Positions 42,051-45,748 of a stretch of DNA of 45,748 nucleotides are shown piece after piece. Source of the DNA: a virus; the IMG/VR virus record IMGVR_UViG_3300045988_020540. The stretch is one strand, 5' to 3'. The stretch's first letter is position 1. Every line of letters starts with the position of its first letter. The notes under the pieces were generated by a model that saw only the letters and a list, made by a program, of their open reading frames with translations, was not told the DNA's origin and made no database searches. The position numbers and the translations under genes are program-made.

Positions 42051-43196
42051 TTAGATTACGTTACAAGCCGGGGCAACCCCATGGCTGTTGTTCGCACCGT
42101 AGTAGCTCAGATCACCCGTACTGCGCACACCGCGAACGTTGCCACTGTCCCCGGCGCTCGGGGTACGCTCCCACTGCCACTGCGGACTACCGTTTTTATA
42201 CTTCACACGGTTACTATCAGCACCCGTGTTCGGGGAAGTATAATCAGAATAGTCAGAGTAGTAAGGGTACGGCTCACCTTCCTTGACACTGCTCACTTCA
42301 TCACCCATGAATAACTCACGTCTGGAAAGCAGGAAGAACTTGTCCTTTGTGGTATCAGAACCACCGCCGTCAGTTACGTTATTACGACAAGTAACCTTTG
42401 TGGTCTTACCGATAACTGCAAGGAAATCTGCATCCATTCCATTCATAAATCCTGCCTTATTGGAAACCCAAGAAGGAGGTCTATCATAATTGGTAGCAGG
42501 TGTCCAAACAGAACCCGCAACTTTGTCACTGTTCAACCATCCACGAACCGCAGACTCTTTATAGTTATTAGAGCCGTAGCACATTCTCTGACCGCTGTTC
42601 AGCGTTGTCAGTTCCGTACCGCCTGTACCCTCTGTGGGCTTCACAGTTTCAATAACTGTGGTGCTTGTAGGACTGGCGTAAGTTTTAATGTCGTATTTCA
42701 GCGGGTCTTGATCCCAAGCACCATTCCATACGATCTGTCCACCCTTCGGAACTGCTTTCGCAAGAGTAAACTGGTAAGTCTTACCGTTACCCATACCACC
42801 ACTCCAACCGTTCTTAGGAGTTACATGATATGTACCTGCGGCAAGTTCCTCTTCTGCATAATACATAGCTGCCGGGGCGTTAAACTGTACATAATCAAAC
42901 ACCTCATGAAGCTGTAAAGTCATGCTGTGAGTGAACTGCTTGTCTGCCGGGGTATCAATGTCAAAACCGATGATATCCCACACCAGAGTTGTGCTACCTC
43001 TCTGACAGGTCAACTGATCTCCCACCGCAAATACCTTGCTTGCCAGTCCCTTACGAACAAGTGCCTGCACATCACTCCAAGATGTAGGTTTCAGGCTGCC
43101 ACCCTGTCCGGTTGCAATCGCAGCAAGGAACTGGTTCATAGTGTCCATCTTCTCTGCGAACGTATCGTCAGAGAGAAAACCAAACTGATTGCTCAT
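42051..43196 (-). CDS. DGR target protein 1: tail-fibre tip / receptor-binding protein with a C-terminal variable region
   Basis: 381 aa ORF directly after a coiled-coil fibre shaft gene. The C-terminus TPSAGDSGNVRGVRSTGDLSYYGANNSHGVAPACNVI is encoded by VR1. Confidence 0.85.
   Translation of the reverse strand: MSNQFGFLSDDTFAEKMDTMNQFLAAIATGQGGSLKPTSWSDVQALVRKGLASKVFAVGDQLTCQRGSTTLVWDIIGFDIDTPADKQFTHSMTLQLHEVFDYVQFNAPAAMYYAEEELAAGTYHVTPKNGWSGGMGNGKTYQFTLAKAVPKGGQIVWNGAWDQDPLKYDIKTYASPTSTTVIETVKPTEGTGGTELTTLNSGQRMCYGSNNYKESAVRGWLNSDKVAGSVWTPATNYDRPPSWVSNKAGFMNGMDADFLAVIGKTTKVTCRNNVTDGGGSDTTKDKFFLLSRRELFMGDEVSSVKEGEPYPYYSDYSDYTSPNTGADSNRVKYKNGSPQWQWERTPSAGDSGNVRGVRSTGDLSYYGANNSHGVAPACNVI
42063..42165 (-). 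repeat. DGR variable repeat 1 (VR1)
   Basis: 103 bp gapless alignment to TR 41450..41552. All 17 mismatches fall at TR positions that are A on the coding strand. Confidence 0.9.
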
Positions 43197-43210
43197 TGTC
43201 TTATCCTCCT

Positions 43211-44098
43211 TTATCCTGTAACAACTTCGTCATACTCAAATACGGGCTTACCACCAATCACCTTGATTGCACCCTGATAGGTTTTCCCGGTATCATCGTT
43301 GACGATCATCATAGTAGCTGCCGCTTTCAATGCAGAATCGGTAGCAGTGTTGCAATCTGTGATTGCCTTTGAAGTGTCCTGCTGACGCTTTGTTTCTGCC
43401 TGAACTCTTGCAGTCTCAGCAGCTACCCTCTCAGACTCTGCATCAACTCTCCCCTGCTCTGCGGAAACTCTTTTCTTTTCAACTTCTACTCTGGCACTTT
43501 CAGCTTCTACAATTCCCTGTTCGGTATCAGAAGCATTGGTTATTGTTTTCTCCAATGCCGTTTTCTGATCTGTTGCTTTACTGATCGTTTTTTCCAGTTC
43601 TTTTACCTTAATATCGGTATGCTCTGTTATCTCTTCTTTAGCCGTAGCTTTCTCAGAATTGATATAAGCAGAAGTTTGATTTTTTACTTCCTGAATTGAA
43701 GATTCCTGCTGTGTCTCTATTGCAGAATTAGCTTCTGAAATCTTATCAGCAACATGATTGTCAAAACCATTCACTCTTGAAGCTGCACTGTCCGCTGATG
43801 ATTTTGCTGATTCTTTAAACTGCTGTGCTTCATCTTTAAAGCCTTTAGCACTTGCTGCTGAACTTTCAGCCGAACTTGCTGCGTTCGATGCAATCTGCTG
43901 TTTTTCACTCACATCCGACTGCATTTCTTCTACAGATTTCTTTGCTGCTTCTACAGCGACTTTATCTTTTGCAACTTGTGTTGCTGAATCTGCAAAATGA
44001 GCCAACACTTCACCAAACTCTTCTCTTGTACCTGTATAACCCTGTGCCACAGCATCGGCATAAGCTGTTACACATCCGAGGTCTGTAGTTAAACTCAT
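43211..44098 (-). CDS. Tail fibre shaft protein (coiled coil)
   Basis: 295 aa, Ala/Ser/Glu/Lys-rich heptad-like sequence (AESSAASAKGFKDEAQQFKESAKSSADSAAS, ARVEVEKKRVSAEQGRVDAESERVAAETARVQAE). Confidence 0.65.
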   Translation of the reverse strand: MSLTTDLGCVTAYADAVAQGYTGTREEFGEVLAHFADSATQVAKDKVAVEAAKKSVEEMQSDVSEKQQIASNAASSAESSAASAKGFKDEAQQFKESAKSSADSAASRVNGFDNHVADKISEANSAIETQQESSIQEVKNQTSAYINSEKATAKEEITEHTDIKVKELEKTISKATDQKTALEKTITNASDTEQGIVEAESARVEVEKKRVSAEQGRVDAESERVAAETARVQAETKRQQDTSKAITDCNTATDSALKAAATMMIVNDDTGKTYQGAIKVIGGKPVFEYDEVVTG

Positions 44099-44745
44099 GA
44101 CATCTCTACCTCCAATCTTCCGTTATTGATTTTGAAATTCAGACTTTGCAGTATATTTTCTGTTCGGGTTAAATACAAATGACCATCTTCCCGGATTTCC
44201 ATATGACAAAATCCATTATTTACGGCTACCTGTTTAGCCTGCTCTGAATAATATTTCGCATTGTCGGTATTTCGATCAGGATAACTTTCATGTCCGTGTG
44301 CCCATGATTCAGCTTCTACAGCACTATCACTGGCATTTTGTTCAGAAACTTTTGTTTGTCTCAGATATTCATTTGCAGCAGCTAATGTGTAATGGAATAA
44401 ATCTACATCCTCCGGGGCTTCAAATCCCTCTGGGGCAATTCTTCTATCTAAGTACATTATTACGGTATTTACAGTTTCTCCTTCGTCAGAGGTAGACATA
44501 TAAATATAAGCCTTAATTGTACTTTTCTGAGTCAATGCTTCGTTAGGAATATCAACGGTAGACACTCCGTCTATCGTACTGCCTGTCACGATTTTTGCAT
44601 TATCCAACCCTTTCCATACAAAATGCACCTCAAATACGTCAGGGAGATCAAGACCTTCAATCTGCAATTTCTGACCATAGTCATACATCCAAAGTCCGTT
44701 TAATTCGATTTCTTCATCTTTTTTATGAAACTTTGCAATTAACAT
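44095..44745 (-). CDS. Baseplate / fibre-associated protein (BppU-like N-terminus, putative)
   Basis: 216 aa ORF in the tail-fibre block. The N-terminal pattern YDYGQKLQIEGLDLP...V.F resembles baseplate upper protein N-domains. Confidence 0.4.
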   Translation of the reverse strand: MLIAKFHKKDEEIELNGLWMYDYGQKLQIEGLDLPDVFEVHFVWKGLDNAKIVTGSTIDGVSTVDIPNEALTQKSTIKAYIYMSTSDEGETVNTVIMYLDRRIAPEGFEAPEDVDLFHYTLAAANEYLRQTKVSEQNASDSAVEAESWAHGHESYPDRNTDNAKYYSEQAKQVAVNNGFCHMEIREDGHLYLTRTENILQSLNFKINNGRLEVEMS

Positions 44746-45012
44746 TTACCCGTCCTCCTTTGGCATTTCAGGTTCAGACTGCTCACTCTCTGTTTCAGGT
44801 TCAGACTGCTCACTCTCTGTTTCAAGTTCAGACTGCTCAACCCTTATCTCTGCATATAATTCAGAGTTCTTTATAGCTCTTACATCAGCCAAAGCCCCCT
44901 GTAATACACCTTCCATCAAGTATGCAGGAATGTTAGTTTCAGCAATAATTTGATTGATAGCTGAATTTACCCTTACTCTGACATCTTCAACAATCATCAA
45001 TAAACTACTCAT
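44746..45012 (-). CDS. Small acidic protein with a tandem-repeat C-terminus
   Basis: 88 aa ORF whose start overlaps the stop of the large tail protein. The C-terminus is VEQSELETESEQSEPETESEQSEPEMPKEDG. Confidence 0.55.
   Translation of the reverse strand: MSSLLMIVEDVRVRVNSAINQIIAETNIPAYLMEGVLQGALADVRAIKNSELYAEIRVEQSELETESEQSEPETESEQSEPEMPKEDG
44767..44840 (-). repeat. 27 bp tandem repeat, about 2.7 copies, in frame (9 codons per unit)
   Basis: ttcaggttcagactgctcactctctgt occurs at 44767..44793 and identically at 44794..44820. A diverged partial copy starts at 44821. Confidence 0.9.
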
Positions 45013-45748
45013 TATTTAAGCCCTCCTTTTCATATAAATTTTGTATTAATCTCAGCATAGCCGGAATAATAACCCTAAAGTTCCAGTCCTCAGGTTCGCC
45101 ATTTTCATTTAACTGAGTTGCCTGCGGAAAACAACTGTACACATCCTCTGCATAAAACCCCGGAAGTTTCTTTCCATTCAGCCAGTCTGTTTTATTAAGA
45201 TAACCATCCTTATATTTAAACCAGATTACAGGTATATCTAAGATTTTCTGTGCTTCTTCTAATGTCATGTCTGCAATATGATCTTTATATCTTTTCGAGG
45301 AAGAAGATAAATAAGCTACAGTTGCACCGTCTTTTGCGAATACCATATGTCCACCGGATGTTACATGAGACAGATTGAAAACCTTAAATGCGTCAGAACC
45401 ATCCGAAAACGTTGAAGTACCCGCACGTATCTCTAACCCTCCATTAAAAACGAAAGCATGTGATTGCATACTTAACGTAGCGTAACCCGTACTTATTTTC
45501 CCGTTTGTAATTGTAAAATTACCGATAGTTCCTTTCTTCGCTATAAATGATCCGTCTGTTTTAATCTGAAAATAATTATTCGCTGTAACCAATCCGTTAA
45601 AATTGATTTTAGAAGCATGGATAGTTACACTTTCAGCAGACTGATTAATCTTTGAAATAATTTCATTAGTTCCCACTTTCTTACTTACTGTCAATGTAAT
45701 ACTATCAGCAGATTGCTTAATGGCACTGTTCATCTCAGTGGTTGTGGA
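45005..45748 (-). CDS. C-terminal part of the 874 aa tail protein that begins at 1924, with a probable peptidase S74-type intramolecular chaperone at the end
   Basis: It is in frame with 1..1924 across the 43 bp overlap. The segment AYLSSSSKRYKDHIADMTLEEAQKIL resembles the S(D/S)xRxK autocleavage region of tail-fibre chaperone domains. The stop is TAG at 45005..45007. Confidence 0.75.
   Translation of the reverse strand, partial: STTTEMNSAIKQSADSITLTVSKKVGTNEIISKINQSAESVTIHASKINFNGLVTANNYFQIKTDGSFIAKKGTIGNFTITNGKISTGYATLSMQSHAFVFNGGLEIRAGTSTFSDGSDAFKVFNLSHVTSGGHMVFAKDGATVAYLSSSSKRYKDHIADMTLEEAQKILDIPVIWFKYKDGYLNKTDWLNGKKLPGFYAEDVYSCFPQATQLNENGEPEDWNFRVIIPAMLRLIQNLYEKEGLNNE
45706..45748. repeat. 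Terminal direct repeat, copy of 1..43
   Basis: Exact 43 bp identity with the window start. Confidence 0.9.

Larger units (their letters stand above)
40148..43196 (-). mobile_element. Diversity-generating retroelement cassette: target gene (VR1), avd, TR, RT
   Basis: The gene order and TR/VR relationship match the canonical Bordetella phage BPP-1 layout. Confidence 0.9.

Noticed and set aside
44767-44840. The tandem 27 bp repeats as a possible CRISPR array.
   Set aside because: The units are contiguous with no spacers, are in frame inside an ORF, and number only about 2.7 copies.
1-45748. tRNA, rRNA, tmRNA or CRISPR loci, and transposase or IS elements.
   Set aside because: I found no cloverleaf-like or rRNA-like sequence in the few intergenic regions longer than 100 nt. 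No spaced repeat arrays are present. No transposase motifs are seen. The only recombinase is the serine integrase.

Overview
The window is a complete, circularly closed 45,705 bp genome of a temperate siphovirus-type phage. Bases 1..43 are identical to 45706..45748, so the two ends overlap. Signals point to a Bacillota/Clostridia host: AGGAGG ribosome-binding sites, CW_7 endolysin repeats, an XkdX-type small protein, a TcdE-like holin and anaerobic NrdDG. Almost all genes are on the minus strand. Read along the minus strand, the order is:
- cro-like gene at 35746
- early replication, recombination and nucleotide-metabolism operon, down to 18234
- terS (18040..17387)
- a 3.2 kb self-regulated cassette with a plus-strand FtsK/SpoIIIE-like ATPase operon (14191..17386)
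- terL, portal, head, tail and tape measure genes
- an 874 aa tail protein that spans the circular junction
- tail-fibre genes, a DGR (43196..40148), an XkdX-like gene, holin and endolysin

The lysogeny module (cI-like repressor and large serine recombinase) is on the plus strand at 36008..37987.

The main finding is a complete diversity-generating retroelement (DGR). One template repeat (41450..41552) matches two variable repeats. VR1 is in the adjacent fibre-tip gene. VR2 is about 6.5 kb away, in a small gene placed third in the early operon after cro and a 49 aa ORF. Each VR differs from the TR at 17 positions, and every difference is at a TR adenine on the coding strand. Both VRs are followed at the same distance by a 7 bp stem / 4 nt loop hairpin. 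The avd accessory gene is split by an in-frame TAG.

Other items worth a second look:
- the cassette that separates terS from terL, with several families of palindromic operator-like sites
- a protein with three tandem modules that resemble Tad2/DUF2829
- a 103 bp nested palindrome upstream of terS
- intrinsic terminators inside the late operon that share a 15 nt box
- apparently convergent promoters in the lysis/lysogeny switch
- a recombination exonuclease whose conserved N-terminus lies upstream of any canonical start codon

All family assignments come from reading motifs by eye. No database search was run.
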